A model generated the notes under the pieces. It was not told where the DNA came from. It was given only the letters and a program-made list of their open reading frames with translations, and made no database searches. A stretch of 48,379 bases of DNA from Octopus bimaculoides (Eukaryota): positions 36,979,587-37,027,965 of the forward strand of contig NC_068991.1 in the NCBI RefSeq assembly GCF_001194135.2, in the 5' to 3' direction. The translations under genes were made by a program, and so were the position numbers. Positions 36,166-48,029 of this stretch are shown one piece after another (the stretch's first letter is position 1; each line of letters begins with the position of its first letter).

Positions 36166-37487
36166 AGTAACTGACAAGACCCTTCAAGTGAGTCAGGTAC
36201 AATATGTTAAATATAAAAAGCATTTTCTTTCCATTTTTACTTATTTACTTTTGTAAATAGTTTCTTATGATTAAATGTATCCTGTTTGATTCTTCATAGA
36301 ATCGCAAATTCTAAGATCTTTAGAGACACAACTAGACTACCGATGACCTGTTGGATCACTGACAGTTCAGGTTATTAAACACTGAAGCTGATTTCAACAT
36401 TGCATTAAAATGAAAGTTAATTTTATGATGATTGAGTTAAATATTTCAATTCGTTCATGTGGTCACAGGTCTGGTTCACAAGTTCATATTTAAGGTTTTA
36501 TAGATTATTTACAGCATCTAATAGAAATAGAACTTCTGGGATAAACTTGAACTCCAGTAACAGCATTTATTTATGGCATATGTGCACACTTCTACAAAAA
36601 TGCAAAAGGAATTGTTATATAATGCAAACATAAAATTAATGGAAACAATTCTTGCAGTATTGTATATTTCCATTTCAGGTTTAGGTTATTTTTTGAGTAT
36701 TTTCCCATTATGTGCCGTTTTGGCCATTTATGAAGATACCTCCAAAACCCGAGTATCTCAAGAATCCATGGTGCGATTTACATGAAACTTGTTTTATTCC
36801 ACTTGTAGTCACATATCAGGAGTACCTTACTTTCCCATTATGCACCAGTTTGGCTGTATTAAATTACCGACAACCACACATGCAAGCAAGCAATCACAGA
36901 GTTTTAGTAGTATATAGATAAAACAAAAATTGTAATATTCATGCCCATCCACATACAAAAGTAAAGTACTTTAGATATATCTAGAAACTGAAACCATGTC
37001 ACTAAATATCTGGAATGTTAACTTTGACTCTATGGTTTTACAACTCTGAATAAAAAATCTGAAAAACTATAATAGGATGATTTTTTCCCACTCTTAATCT
37101 AATCCTTAAACATAACTGGATTCAAGCAAGAAAGCTTTGTTTCTAACAAAGCATAGTAACAGTTTTATTCAATAAATCACTGACACTGCTTTGTGAGTAA
37201 GAGCATTAATACTATTAATTTAGAAACCTAGAACAAAGATTCTGGTAGTAAATTTGCATCTAGGAATAGAATTCATCTTGAATCTGTGCATCTTGAAACA
37301 GCTATACTACTGTATAAAAATACACATCAAAGTTAATGACGTAACATGGAGAGAATTATGAAACAGTTGTAACCTTACGGGAATATTAAATCTTCATTTG
37401 CTTCTCACATCTCTTGGTTCAGTGCTTATTATTATGTGTGTCCATGTGTGTGTGTAAGCACATACAGAAAAGGATAATGAAATATAC

Positions 37488-37545
37488 CTGATCTCAATCA
37501 CTTTGGTAACAGTTCCCCCTTCAGCTTGTTACTCAAACGATCTTT
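37488..37545 (-). CDS. Host gene exon, 58 nt; reads KDRLSNKLKGELLPK-stop in phase 0
   Basis: Acceptor tctttctctttttgacttacag, donor CAG/gtatat; phase-compatible with exon 39816-39729. Confidence 0.7.
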
Positions 37546-38610
37546 CTGTAAGTCAAAAAGAGAAAGACTGTTTGACAATCCATGAAACAGAGATAGAGAA
37601 TTACAGAAAACAAAAAGATATATATAGAATGAGTGATAAAGAGTTAATGAGAGAGGGGAGGGACAGCTGTTGCAGCCTAAAGAGGGGAAAGAGGAGTCGT
37701 ATAAACAAATTAAAATAAAGAATATACTATCATTAAAAAGTAAGAAATGTTAGTGGTGGAGTTGTTAGTGATAGTGTGTGTGTGCAAGTAGGATACACTG
37801 TAGAAATGAGGTGCAGAGAACAACAAAAGTCTTTAGCTGAAATATTTCATCTCATCCCACATCATAACATACTACAGTTCACTCCATGTCACAATAGTAT
37901 CCAATATTTCACCCCCTATCACAACAACATAACACATCACATCACAACAATATATCGGCCTTCAATACTTCCTCTTAAACTGAAGAATTGAAATGTTTTT
38001 TAAACATTTCATCACAGAAACAGAGGCTGCACCCATGACCTTTGCATGACATCCAAGACCGATAGGTTGAGAGTGTGTGAAAAGTTTACAGTTCATAGCT
38101 TGCGACTAACTACTATGATCTCTCTAAGTGAATCATTTAAGTGATACTGACAATGTATAAGCCTACAAGTACATTACTCATGCACCTGTCCCATTTGGCA
38201 GCAGACTTCCACAAGAAAACCACTTCCACTTATACTCTCTAATGAGTAGAACTACATAAAGAGAGATGTAGAAGTAATGCATCAAATATGATACCCAGCT
38301 TTCCAGAGGTTGAGGTTGTTGTCATTGTTCAGCTGGTCCTACAATCCAAACACCAAAAGCATTCCAATCATCACTTTCTTCAATCAAGGTTTTCAGGACT
38401 GAGGAGAAGCTATAGTCTTGGAACAACTTGGTTCAAATCCTTGCAAGTGAGTGGGTCCGTTAAAACAGGGGTTCTTAACTGGGTGGCAGCAGGTCCTAGG
38501 AAAGCACACAAGTTGGCAACAAGTATCAAGTGGGCAGTGAATGTTTAGAGAAGTTATGATTTTTCAGAGATAATAGAATATTCAAACCAAGCAGAGTACT
38601 TATATTTGAA

Positions 38611-38803
38611 TCATCATCATCATCATCACCATTTAATGTCTGTTTTCCATGTTGGCATGGGATGAACAGTTTGACAGAGCTGGCAAGCCAGGAGACTACA
38701 GCATGCTTCACTGTCTATTTTAGCATGGTTCATGCAGCTGGATACCCTTCCTAATGCCAACCACTTTACAGAGTGGACTGGCTGCTTTTTATGTAGCACC
38801 AAT
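38611..38803 (-). mobile_element. SINE-like tail family E ending in (GAT)n
   Basis: Second copy of the 35966 repeat. Confidence 0.7.
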
Positions 38804-38832
38804 GAGGTCTGGTTTGACAAGGTTTTTACAAT

Positions 38833-38972
38833 CTGTAACCTAGTGGTTCAGCAAAAAAGATCGATAGCTTTACAAAAAATAATAAGTACTGGGGTCAATT
38901 TGTTCAATTAAAATTCTTCAAAATGGTGCCCCAGCATAGCCACAGTCTAATGAATGAAACAAGAAGTAAAAG
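38833..38972 (+). mobile_element. SINE family A, 3' fragment, CpG-decayed
   Basis: tagtggttcagcaaaa..aagtactggggtcaatttgttc..ggtgccccagcatagccacagtc. Confidence 0.8.
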
Positions 38973-39728
38973 ATATAAAGCCTGGAAAGAGGATATTTGT
39001 AAAAGTCGTCCCATAAAAAGGGGAACAGAGCTATAAAGGATCAAAAACCATTGCACTAAAGGTACTCAGTAGTTAGGTAGCTCATTAAATCTACCACTCA
39101 AAACCAAGGTCCCTCAGTAGAACGTTCATACATCTTCCAGCTCCTGAATTTTGCTAACCAAGTTCAAGGTGATGATCAATAGGATCAAATCCCAAACTAT
39201 GTAATTGTGAAGAAAACTCCTTAAGTACACAACCATGTCTATGCTCATTTTTAAGTCAGTAGGAAGTAATTTGAAGGTTCTATTTCTAGCAGATTTACTG
39301 TCCATATAGAGGCACCCTCACTGAGGTTGATTTAATCAAGTATTCCATTCTGTTATAAATTTATGGTTTTTTTATGAAGAGTAAGTAATATCATTAATCA
39401 TGTCTTGCCACTGAAAACTGAATGCCTAGATTTATTTGTACCAAATTCCTGGCAATTAAAATTCATTAATTAAGAAGGTGAATTGTCTTAGTTAACCATG
39501 GCCACCTGGGCTACATTACTTCCACCTATCTTACTCACAACAGCTGAAGCACAATTAGGAATTTGTCAGAGAGAAAAGTATGAAGTTTTTCAGATCACTG
39601 CTAGCTTGAGTTATCATCTACTTTACTCCATATTACTGTTGGAAGAAAGATGACGATAACAAAAAAATAAAAAAATAAAAAATAAATGAATAAATAAAAA
39701 ATAAAATGACAATAGGTGTGTGACTAAC

Positions 39729-39816
39729 CAGGCCGCCTTTCCGAACATTACGTATCTGCATCGATGAAGGTCTTTTCACTTGTAGTTCTTTTACTTTGCT
39801 TTGAGCTTCTTTGATT
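39729..39816 (-). CDS. Host gene internal exon, 88 nt: (x)IKEAQSKVKELQVKRPSSMQIRNVRKGGL; product not recognised
   Basis: Acceptor tttgtttctttttcag, donor CTG/gttagt; only one frame open; retains CpGs inside a CpG-poor region. Confidence 0.8.
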
Positions 39817-39841
39817 CTGAAAAAGAAACAAACTTTATCTT

Positions 39842-39912
39842 CACCTACAAAAGGATTTGAAACCACAACTTTCAGATTAGAAGTTTGTTGCTCTAGTGGG
39901 TAAGCTAATGTG
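39842..39912 (-). pseudogene. Degenerate tRNA-like remnant (Arg-UCU-like loop) or orphan SINE head
   Basis: tagcttacccactagagcaacaaacttctaatctgaaagttgtggtttcaaatcc follows tRNA spacing, but the acceptor stem does not pair. Confidence 0.3.
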
Positions 39913-41085
39913 ATTGCTCTGCCTGCTAGAAATAGCAAGCAAATCTCCTTCACCCCCTACTTCCGAACATCTTGCAAAAAAAAATAAATAAATAAAAAAA
40001 CACTGATAATATAGTGTTGCTATATTGGGATAAAAGATGAGATAGTGTACCATATCTAGATAAAAGATGGGATTGCCATGGTTAGAATATATTTGATCAT
40101 AGGTCTGCTTAATCTAGAGCTCAACAACAACAAATAACAATGAAATGTTCAGTTAGCTAAATGGTTACCAAGTTCATGAGCACTTCATCGATTACACTTC
40201 AGACTTGAGCCATAAAATCTCCACACTTTACACACATTCCTTGTTGTGCTGACATACAACATATCTAGCTACAGACATACTGTCAAGCTGATACTATTAC
40301 ATGTTGCCAGTTGGTTATTCAAAAGTTGGTGGGTAGGTAGTGGTGGTAGTGCTGGTGGTAGTGCTGGATGTACTGGTTTTGGTGTCAGTGTTGGTGGCGA
40401 GGTATTATTAGTTGTTGGCAATGGTCATATTGTCCTTGTTAATTGGATTATGATTGCGGTTTAGTTTCAAGGTAATCTTCATTCATTTAAGATCAACGAC
40501 AATTTCATTCAACATTTGAAATACACTAAACTACCACAATATCTTGTGATGGTTTTCTTTTTTTTCTTTTTTTAAATTTCATCTGGAGTTGCTTATACTG
40601 TCCATAGTACAGTTGCTGATACTGTTAGTCATTTAGGAGTTGGTGTTAGTAATAGTGGTGGTTAATTTGGTGTTGATGCTAGTTGTGTTAGTGTTGATAA
40701 TATAGTGAAGAAATAAATAAATAAAAGACACGGATACAGTGTAATAAGCAAACCAATATACATGCACACAAAACACATATACTGAACACAGACACACACA
40801 GATCCAAACACATGTGCAGATAGGGATACATACCATAGACAGACAAAATGGGATAAGTAAAACAAGAGGACACACATGGGATAGAGTTGCTTAAGAGGTC
40901 ACAGGACGTATGACGAAAGCACTTTGACAAAGAAACTAAAACAATAATGCTGAAATGAAGACCAAATATATATACTGCATGTGTTTCATTGACAAAACAT
41001 GACCATCCCCAAGTATAAGAATCCATCTGTTGTTATTTGTTTATTATTCACTTTACTTGGAACCCGCAATTCACTTAAATATATA

Positions 41086-41296
41086 CATATGTTATAATTT
41101 AGAACAAACCGTAAAAAGTTGTCATTATAGTACTCTGTGTTTTGAATGTCAGAGCGAAGAATTACGATGCATTCTTGTCGGCTATTAATGCCATTAATAG
41201 CTGACATGAATGCATCGTAGTTCTTCGCTCCAACATTCAAAACTCTAAGTACTATAATGACAACTTTTTACGGTTTGTTCTAAATTATAACATATA
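41086..41296. mobile_element. Hairpin MITE-like element: ~104-bp arms, 1-nt loop, TA flanks
   Basis: 41087-41190 is the reverse complement of 41192-41295 with about 8 mismatches; TA at 41084-5 and 41297-8. Confidence 0.85.
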
Positions 41297-41453
41297 TAAA
41301 TAATCCTCTATTTATCTAATATTGAGGTCTTATCCTTTGTTGTTACTTTTTATTACTAGTATTATTTTATATATACACACATACACACACACAGAGAGTA
41401 GACAGAAGGATAATGTTAGGTACTAATTGTGTGCCAAGAAAAAATATGTGCAT

Positions 41454-41492
<39 letters not shown>

Positions 41493-42021
41493 TACTCAGT
41501 TTAAAAATTATGCATCATGCTCCATTAGTATTCATATTGATATCTACACACACACAGACACCCCCACCACCACCTACTTGCCCAAGGTGTTACACTGTGG
41601 GACTGAACCCAGAACCAGGTTGTGAAGTAAACTTCTTACCATATATCTACGTTAGCACCTGTGGTTGTATATGTGTATTGAGATATAATTTTCCAAATTG
41701 TGTATATATGTATCAGGATTATAGCTCTCCAAATTGTAAATGACCTGGAAGATCTTAGATAAAACATCAAGAAGTGACTTTTAGACAAAGAAGAAAGTGT
41801 AGGATTTAAACTGAAATTTATATAAGTTTCCATAAGGGCATTCTTACAGACTGTATCCCCAAATTAGTGAAAATACTCCTCCACAATTTGAGTAAGCATG
41901 AAATCTTATAATGTGAGGTAGCCACAATGCAAGGATGTCTGTATACATACATACACAAACATTTATATAATTTGTTGTTCATAGGTTACATCTAAGACTC
42001 AAAAGAATAAAAGTATGCAAT

Positions 42022-42432
42022 AGGCACAGGCATGGCAGTGTGGTAAGAAATTTGCTTCCCAACCACAAGGTCCCAGGGTCAGTACCACTGCATGGCAGCT
42101 TGGGCTAGTGTCTTCTACTATAACTTTGGGCCGACCAAAGATTTGTGAGTGGATTTGGTAGACAGAAACTGAAAGAAGTTCATCATATATATACATATGT
42201 GTGTGTACATAAATATATATGTGTGTGTGTGTGTTTCTTTGTGTCTGTGTTTGTCCCCACCATCACCACTTGACAACTGGTGTTGGTGTGTTTATGTCCC
42301 CGTAGCTTAGTGGTTCAGCAAAGGAGACTGATAGAACAAGTACTAGGCTTAAAAAGTAAGTCATGGGGTTGATTTGTTCAAGTACAAACCTTTCAAAGGG
42401 GTGCCCCAGCATGGCCACAGTCTAATGACTGA
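42022..42432 (+). mobile_element. SINE family A, full length, CpG-decayed
   Basis: All family A motifs; most CG dinucleotides changed to TG/CA. Confidence 0.92.
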
Positions 42433-42470
42433 AACAAATAAAAGAATATAAAGAAGGTACTGAGTGTATC

Positions 42471-42725
42471 TTTTATCTTTTACTTGTTTCAGACATTTGA
42501 TTGCAGCCATGCTGGGGCACCACCTTGAAGGGTTTTTTAGTTGAATAAAATCAACTCCAGGACTTATATTTTTAAGCCTAGTACCTATTCTTTTGGTCTC
42601 TTTTGCTGAACCACTAAGTTATGGGGGAAATAAACACACCAACACCGGTCACCAAGCAGTGTGAGGGAACAAACACAGACACAAAAACACGCACACAAAG
42701 ATACACACACACACATATATATATA
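42471..42725 (-). mobile_element. SINE family A, 3' half, tail-to-tail with the previous copy
   Basis: ttttacttgtttcagac..gccatgctggggcacc..gaaccactaagttatgggg. Confidence 0.9.
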
Positions 42726-42790
42726 CTAGGGTGAGTCAAAAGGTAATGCCATTTTCTTCATTTCATGTGACATTTTTGATAAAAATAACT
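42724..42790. mobile_element. Orphan mariner-like terminal repeat
   Basis: tactagggtgagtcaaaaggtaatgcc resembles mariner TIR starts; partner end not found. Confidence 0.35.
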
Positions 42791-43879
42791 GAAAATTTTC
42801 CCAATTATAAATGATTATATCATTTACATTCTGAAATAAAGAGAAAAATGTTAAATGCAGAAAAGCTCGAAAGGTTTTAGTCATTGCTTTATCTCCTTAC
42901 CATACTTGAACGAATACAGGCTCTTACTGTGCGTAATCCATGGGGAAACTTTATTGAATTTAAACCTGAGAACACTCCTTTGGCATTCCTGAGTCATTTA
43001 CTACCAAGAAAATCTACATGGACAAATTGTTTTCGGTAGTAATACCAGAAGCGATCACAATTATGCCAGAACATAGTTTATTAGTCAATTTTCTGTTAAA
43101 AAATACGGTTTTGTGCAAAGAAATGATATCACAATACTTCAAAGACATTGTTTAATCATGGAATACTGAAGATGTTCCCATTAACAGTTTAGTTGTGGCA
43201 CAAAGGCCATTACTGATGGGAAATGTGCCAATAATTGTTCAAAAAAAGCATTTTTTTGGTCACTTTCCATTGACAAATAGGGTTTTGTACATCAAAAATG
43301 CACTCATAACACTCCTTGTACATTGCTGCATCTTTTGACGCTGAAAACATCAAAATTAGCAACATCGATTAGAAGCAAATCCAAATATTGCCCCAAAATG
43401 ACCTCAAAACTGTGCAGCCCGACCGTGTTTTCGAGCTTATTTTTGTAGTAAAAAAGAAAAGAGTTGTTGTGTAGAATACATACTTCATTTGGTAGTCGAA
43501 AGATTACTGAATCTTTTGATACCTCATACGTGAAAACAGGCAGCTCAGTTTTCAAATCCATAAGTAACACATGCACCACACACAGACACACACAAACTGT
43601 TTTATATATATATACAGATAGATAATCTGTAAATAATATTTTATATGCTAAAAGCTTATAAGCAATCACCATGCGTTGACTAAGGTAATAGTCATATAAG
43701 TTCTTGATGGAAGAAAGTAGGATTGTCCGTACACATACTTTTTTCTGTCATGGGTTTATACACCTCAGTATTAGACTATTTACCTTAGTCAATATATGGT
43801 GATCACTTATCAGCTTATAAAATACAAATATTATTATTTACAGATTTGTAAAACCGACACTGCTTACCAAAAATCATCA

Positions 43880-44040
43880 CGTGTGTGTGTGTGTGTGTAT
43901 ACAATGGGCTTCTTTCAGTTTCCTTCTACCAAGCCCACTCACAAGGTTTTGGTTGTCCAAGGCACCACATAGCAGGACTCAGCCCTAGAACCATGTGGTT
44001 GGGAAGCAAGCTTCTTACCACACAGCCACACCTGTACCTT
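43880..44040 (-). mobile_element. SINE family A head fragment
   Basis: gggcttctttcagtttcc..aaccatgtggttgggaagcaagcttcttaccacacagccac. Confidence 0.85.
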
Positions 44041-44062
44041 GAAGAAAGGGCTTTGGTATACC

Positions 44063-44445
44063 TTTTACCTGTTATTTGTTGCAGTCATTAGACTGCAGTC
44101 ATGCTGGAGCAGCACCTCAAAGAATTCTAGTCAAACAAATCAACCCCAGCACTTATTATTTTTTTCATTAAGCTTGGTACTTATTCTATCAGTGTTTTTT
44201 AATCAACCACTAAGTTATGGGGACATAAACATACAAACACCAGTTGTCAAGTGGTGGTGGGGGAGAAACAGACACACACACACAGATTATATATATGGTG
44301 GGCATCTTTTAGTTTCCATCTACCATATCCACTCACAAGGTTTTGGTTGGCCTGAGGTCATAGTAGGTGCTATGCAGTGGGATTGAACTCAGAACCATGT
44401 GGTTGGGATGTAAAATTCTTACCACACAGCCACACCTGCACCTGC
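44063..44445 (-). mobile_element. SINE family A, full length, CpG-decayed
   Basis: Family A motifs from tail to head. Confidence 0.9.
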
Positions 44446-44769
44446 ATGGAAACATTTGTACAATTTCATGTTATTCTTTCATATAAAACTATGTGAGTGG
44501 GTGGGGGTATTGTCAGATGATTTTACATCATTTCTTAACAACTAGGTGGAGTGAAGCTTAAATATGCAAGAAAACTCCTGCAGAGAACAAGAACTCATGT
44601 TTATGACCTGTTCATTTAATAAGTTACTCACACAGCTATTTCACTAATCCAAAGTGTAGTAGTGAAGGGTAAGCCAACAAGAGACCCCACATTATCAATC
44701 AACCTGCCAGAAATAGCAACCATATTCAGCTAAATTTCCTTTAAATCAAAGTACCTACTGATTAAGCAC

Positions 44770-45080
44770 CCTGCTGTGAGGGAGTGGTTTGCATGCTCCT
44801 ATGACCCGAAGAGCTCTACTGGCAGGAGCAAGTCTTCTGGCAGATACAACCAAGCCAGCCAGGTCAAAGGGTAGGAGCCAGACAAAATCTTAATCATCTA
44901 GGGTAGAAAACCTCAATGATAAAAATCAAAGCATCAGCAGCAAGGCATGGATGTTATAATGTTACATTGGCATGGTGTCAACAGATTGGTTGTGTGGTAG
45001 CTGCAACATGATGACTTTGTGCATCAACCAGTCTCAAGAGTAGACTACTGGGGACACATATGTATTGACATGCTATGTGA
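44770..45080 (+). mobile_element. RTE-like LINE 5' fragment
   Basis: ccaggtcaaagggtaggagccagac resembles RTE 5' UTRs; followed by CGSCNMMTL (cf. GTWNVRTL). Confidence 0.45.
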
Positions 45081-45200
45081 CTACTTATGTGCTACTGAAA
45101 CCTAAAAAAACTATCCGTACAAAATGAATAATAAAAGAAAAAAACAGAAAGAGAACTTTTAAATAATGTCGTTCTATATAACCCTAAAAAGTTGGGGCAG

Positions 45201-45344
45201 CCTTATCCATAGGCTAGGGAACAGAGAGTGCAGGGTATGCAAATATGCCTCCTAAAATTTTCTGGGTTCAATGCAAATGCTTTGAATGTCATGAGTTGGA
45301 CCTGGGCTTGCACCCACTATTAAAATTTTCTCCCTGCACTTATG
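45201..45344. mobile_element. Small hAT-like MITE candidate
   Basis: Ends cataggctaggga / tccctgcacttatg; flanks gccttatc / gccatgac weakly resemble an 8-bp TSD. Confidence 0.35.
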
Positions 45345-45668
45345 GCCATGACTAGAATGCTAATAATTGTAAGTTTGCTTAATCAGGGGGGAGGGTGCTA
45401 AACAACAACAGTGCTGGTGATGACATTTGATTAAAGACAAAAGAAGTAACAATGCATACAAGTAGCTACAAACAAAACTACCAAAGCAAATGTTACAGTT
45501 TAATCCTTCATCACCCCTGATCTATGATTAGAAATGTTCCAGCTGTGATCATCTCATCTATTTTTCAGGTTTGGTGTATCTAAAATCAAATTATCCAATG
45601 TGTTATTTGAGGGACAATATTTCTAGAAGGTAGAGAGCAACCAACCACACAGAGGCTCCCTTGTTAGT

Positions 45669-46116
45669 TTAACCCTTTTGTTACCATATTTGTTTGAAAT
45701 ACACTGCCTTTGTCCCAATTAATTTCTAACCCTTTTGTTACTGTTATTCTAGTGAAATATGCTGCATTTATTTCAATTAATTGTTAAAATTACAAAGAAT
45801 CTAGTAAAATAACTTTTGTCGTTATCAATCTGTTTCAACTGTAGTTTAGTATGAAATTTTGAAGAAAGGTTTTAACTCAGACAACATTAAAACACAAAGT
45901 TTGCATCATAGAATCAAGGGTGATCTGAGGCAGGTTGGTATCAAAAGGGTTAAAATGATAAAGAATTTAGTATAATAATTTTTTCACTTTTGAGCTGGTG
46001 TTTTGAACTTAAATTGACGTAAATCTTTTAAGGAAGGTTTAATTTCAATCACTTTAAAACTAGGAACTGGTATCATAAAATGAAGAGTGGTTTCAGGTGA
46101 GTTTGCATCAAAAGGG
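45669..46116. mobile_element. piggyBac-like MITE with a second copy (45730-45949) nested inside it
   Basis: Two left ends (ttaaCCCTTTTGTTAC 45669, ctaaCCCTTTTGTTAC 45726) and two right ends (GTATCAAAAGGGttaa 45953, GCATCAAAAGGG 46116). Confidence 0.75.
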
Positions 46117-46319
46117 CTGGTTATGAAAAAGAAGCGAAAACAACGGAAGCTTGAGACTGTTTTGGATTAGAGAAGTAGCAAAACAGAGGAGGTGAAAATA
46201 TAAAACCACTAAGGATTAATATGATTTGTTATGTAGGAAGGGTGACTATTTTTTCACTGACATCATCACTGCTTATGTCTATCTCCAATAACAGACCCAA
46301 CACAAACAACATTTCTAAA

Positions 46320-46675
46320 TCAACAGCAACTACTCAACAACAATAGCAACAGCAATATTACCAGCATCACAGTCAACAACACTACTACCACCACCACCAC
46401 CACCACCACCACCAGTGTATTAGGAACATTGCCATCAACAGCTCTACTTCTATCTATGCTATCTCCAACAAAAACAACAACCCCATCACCAACTCCACCA
46501 CCATCACCACCACCACCATCTCTGTTATCAACATCATTATCAACAGCAATAACACCAACTCCACCACTAAAAACAATACTAACACCACCAACATCTTGAA
46601 CACCACCATCACCTCCACCACCACCACCCACAGAGCTAGTTACAACAACAACAACAACAACATCACTACGGTGGT
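46320..46675. repeat. Low-complexity CAA/CAC/CAT tract
   Basis: Directly visible. Confidence 0.9.
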
Positions 46676-47068
46676 TAGTCAAGGCCATGTGGTATTCTGG
46701 TGAATCTGGTAAATTCTTGTACAAGAAACAGACCAAAACACTTCTAGCCCAATCTTGCAATCATCACTGCCTGAACCTAACGAACTCCGTCACATAAGCA
46801 GGCATATGGCTACTGGGCAGGGAAGTGTGAGAGGTGTGCAGATGACTGGTAAGGGGAGGGGATAAGAGGTTTGATGGGTAGGGAGGAAGATAGTTATTTA
46901 ACTATACTGGAAAACCATAACATACCATACTGAAAAGTATAACACATGATACCATAACAAACCACATTTCACATTATAGCAGAGCAGACTGTAATATGCC
47001 ATATAGTCAAGCATATCATAGAATATTATGTGGAAATTATCCCTCAACAAACCATATTTAATATTAGT

Positions 47069-47285
47069 TTCAAATTTTGGCACAAGGCCAGCAAGTTCAG
47101 GAGCTGGGGGAGTAAGTTGATTTCTTCAACCCCAGTGTTCAACTGATACTTATTTTATCAATCCTGAAAGGATGAAAGGCAAAGTTGACCTCTGTGGAAT
47201 TTGAACTCAGGACATAAAGACAGGCAAAATGCCATTAAGTATTTTGTCCAGCATGCTAATGAATTTGTCAGCTCTCTCTGCCTTA
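47069..47285 (-). mobile_element. SINE family B, full length, CpG-decayed
   Basis: Same as the 7793 copy, but gtcga>gttga and atcga>tcaa type changes. Confidence 0.9.
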
Positions 47286-47296
47286 GACATATTTAA

Positions 47297-47365
<69 letters not shown>

Positions 47366-47669
47366 CACATGCACTTGTGTGTGTCTGTTGCTGATTCATA
47401 AAAATTTATAAGCTTTAGAGAGAACATGAAATAATTCTTTTCAAGAACAGTGAATCTCAGAGCACTCATAAAGCTATGAATGATAAAGGGTTATAGGAAA
47501 ACATACCAAGATCATGTGCCACCAAAACATACTTGAAATATAAACTCATGCTGCTATACAATACCATACTAAATATGATCAGTTGTATACCATCCAATAA
47601 TGCTTATATGTAGGGGTAAATTTAAACATGGCCATACACCTGGTAGTATGCCAATTAAAGAACATTCAC

Positions 47670-47732
47670 TGTCTGCAGCTATCTGATGTCTTTAACAATA
47701 TGGATATAAATGCCACTGGAATTCCTCCAAGT
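47670..47732 (-). CDS. Candidate host exon, 63 nt: (x)LGGIPVAFISILLKTSDSCR(Q)
   Basis: Long pyrimidine tract plus gacag acceptor; phase 2-2 fits exon 39816; weak donor gtgaat; phase conflicts with the 48000 donor. Confidence 0.35.
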
Positions 47733-47999
47733 CTGTCAAGTATATAACAAATGAGAGGAAGAGAAAATGCAAGAAAGAATCTTGTGGACTCTTTCTCTTG
47801 TTTGTTATGTCGATAAATTCATGTCTTGGGAGAAAGGGAAGCTGACTTCCCTGAGCTCTACTTTCATTTAAAAAAGACAAACATTTTCAACAGACAAAAA
47901 CACTTTTTTTTCCCTTAGTCAGACAAAAGAACAAACCAGAAACATTATACTCCTTGTCTATCTACAGCATCTGGACCTATCTCTTATTCACAAACTTAC

Positions 48000-48029
48000 C
48001 TCTATAATTGTTACTGCTGATGTAGACAT
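48000..48029 (-). CDS. Candidate start exon segment MSTSAVTIIE with consensus donor
   Basis: GAG/gtaagt at 48000; ATG 48029-48027 directly after an in-frame TAG; CpG-retaining DNA to the right. Confidence 0.3.

Noticed and set aside
38288-38548. Exon-like signals on both strands (KTLIEESDDWNAFG on minus; 86-aa ORF on plus)
   Set aside because: Phases do not fit the flanking host exons, and the minus frame is closed by stops on both sides.
41659-41744. Phase 0-to-2 candidate exon VIYNLESYNPDTY.. that would link the 48000 donor to exon 39816
   Set aside because: Weak donor (gtgcta), internally duplicated low-complexity sequence, adjacent to a SINE fragment.
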